From the IMG/VR virus record IMGVR_UViG_3300006753_000024, positions 1 to 34,574 of that record: a stretch of DNA of 34,574 bases; one strand, given 5' to 3'. The notes beneath the pieces were generated by a model. That model saw nothing but the letters and a program-made list of their open reading frames with translations. It was not told the origin of the DNA and did not search any database. How positions within the stretch are numbered: the first letter of the stretch is position 1; the number at the start of each line of letters is the position of its first letter. Shown here in pieces: positions 33,799 through 34,574 of this stretch. The stretch comes from a virus (taxonomy: Duplodnaviria; Caudoviricetes). Both the position numbers and the translations under genes were made by a program.

Positions 33799-34218
33799 AT
33801 GGCTAAAACAAGTATTGCTAATTGGAGAGCATCCGGCGGTGCGTTAGACATATCTGCTTCTCATGGTGGTAATGGTACTATTACAGAGTGTGTAGCACAA
33901 GATGGAATGATTATCTGTGACTTCACTGATCTTGGTAGTGGAGAAACTGTTACTATTAATACACCATTTAAATTCACAGCTATAGATATACATATGGTGG
34001 TGGGTAATGGTGAAAATGTAGGTTCAAAAACACTAACAGTTAAAAATGACAGCACAGCTCTATCAAGTGCAATGTCTATGGCTAATTCTTCTGCAAGAGT
34101 GCCGACAGCAACTCTTGATGAAGATCAAGCACTATTTAATGTTGGTGATAATGATCTGAAATTGGTTTCATCAGCCCACAATGATGGTGGCGGAACAGTC
34201 TATATTAAATACCGATAA
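33799..34218 (+). CDS. Probable capsid decoration / minor structural protein
   Basis: 139 aa beta-rich protein after the capsid gene; AAGGAGG RBS. Confidence 0.6.
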   Translation: MAKTSIANWRASGGALDISASHGGNGTITECVAQDGMIICDFTDLGSGETVTINTPFKFTAIDIHMVVGNGENVGSKTLTVKNDSTALSSAMSMANSSARVPTATLDEDQALFNVGDNDLKLVSSAHNDGGGTVYIKYR

Positions 34219-34258
34219 TCTGAAGTTGAGGAGGTAATAGCCTCATATAAGGATTCAT

Positions 34259-34288
34259 GGTCAGGGGCGGTTTGCGCTGCCCCTGACT
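34259..34288 (+). terminator. Strong hairpin after the capsid genes (terminator or stabiliser)
   Basis: GGTCAGGGGCGG-TTTGCG-CTGCCCCTGACT; no clear U-tract. Confidence 0.5.
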
Positions 34289-34364
34289 ACTATGAAAGTT
34301 AGTTAAATAATAACAATAAACGAGCCCATTCACGGATCGTCAATCCTTAGGGCAGGAGGTAAAC

Positions 34365-34574
34365 ATGGCAACTTTACATAAATACTCAGTTCAAGAAGCA
34401 CAAAACGCAGCATTTGGTCAAGCAGGTTCAATATTTATTGACCAAGCGACAGCTGATGCAGATGCAACACCACTATCTGGTGTGTTTGTAGCAATTCAAT
34501 TCATTGAAGATACAATATTTGGAACATTAACAGCGGAAACATCAGAATTATATCCTGCAAGCAATGGAACTTCA
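34365..34574 (+). CDS. Structural protein, 3'-truncated
   Basis: AGGAGGT RBS; MATLHKYSVQEAQNAAFGQAGSIFI... open to the window end. Confidence 0.7.
   Translation, partial: MATLHKYSVQEAQNAAFGQAGSIFIDQATADADATPLSGVFVAIQFIEDTIFGTLTAETSELYPASNGTS

Noticed and set aside
693-34055. Numerous short antisense or alternate-frame ORFs, including 21580-21930 and 22180-22500
   Set aside because: Shadows of real genes or of repeats; no RBS or protein-like composition.
1-34574. Stop-codon reassignment, introns or inteins
   Set aside because: Genes tile densely in the standard code using all three stops. terL has only a short insertion after Walker A, without intein motifs.

Overview
Fragment of a tailed dsDNA phage genome with podovirus-like gene order. 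Left arm (+, 1-12174): virion/ejection proteins, ending in a 2962-aa polyvalent protein with a degenerate zincin, two ADP-ribosyltransferase-like domains and a glycosylase-like domain. Middle (-, 12220-21592): DnaC-like ATPase, RusA, RecT, YqaJ exonuclease, probable small terminase, tyrosine recombinase, then a putative early operon headed by ArdC that includes a histone-fold gene. Non-coding divergence region (21700-22850): 11-bp iterons and an AT-rich tract. Right arm (+): SpoVG-like protein, SET-domain protein, replication initiator, large terminase, portal, scaffold, major capsid. Main finding: the early operon is punctuated by seven sequence-divergent but structurally conserved anticodon-less mini-tRNA elements (acceptor stem, GG linker, canonical T-arm, 12-13 bp in total). 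Six are followed by a hairpin and a shared leader/RBS, so they delimit 1-2-gene cassettes. The array ends in a ~205-nt tRNA-shaped RNA with insertions in all arms. boxA-like motifs and a candidate sRNA antisense to the cassette RBS suggest an RNA-level expression system that mimics stable-RNA operons. All protein family calls come from motif recognition by eye and all RNA folds were paired by hand; no searches were run.
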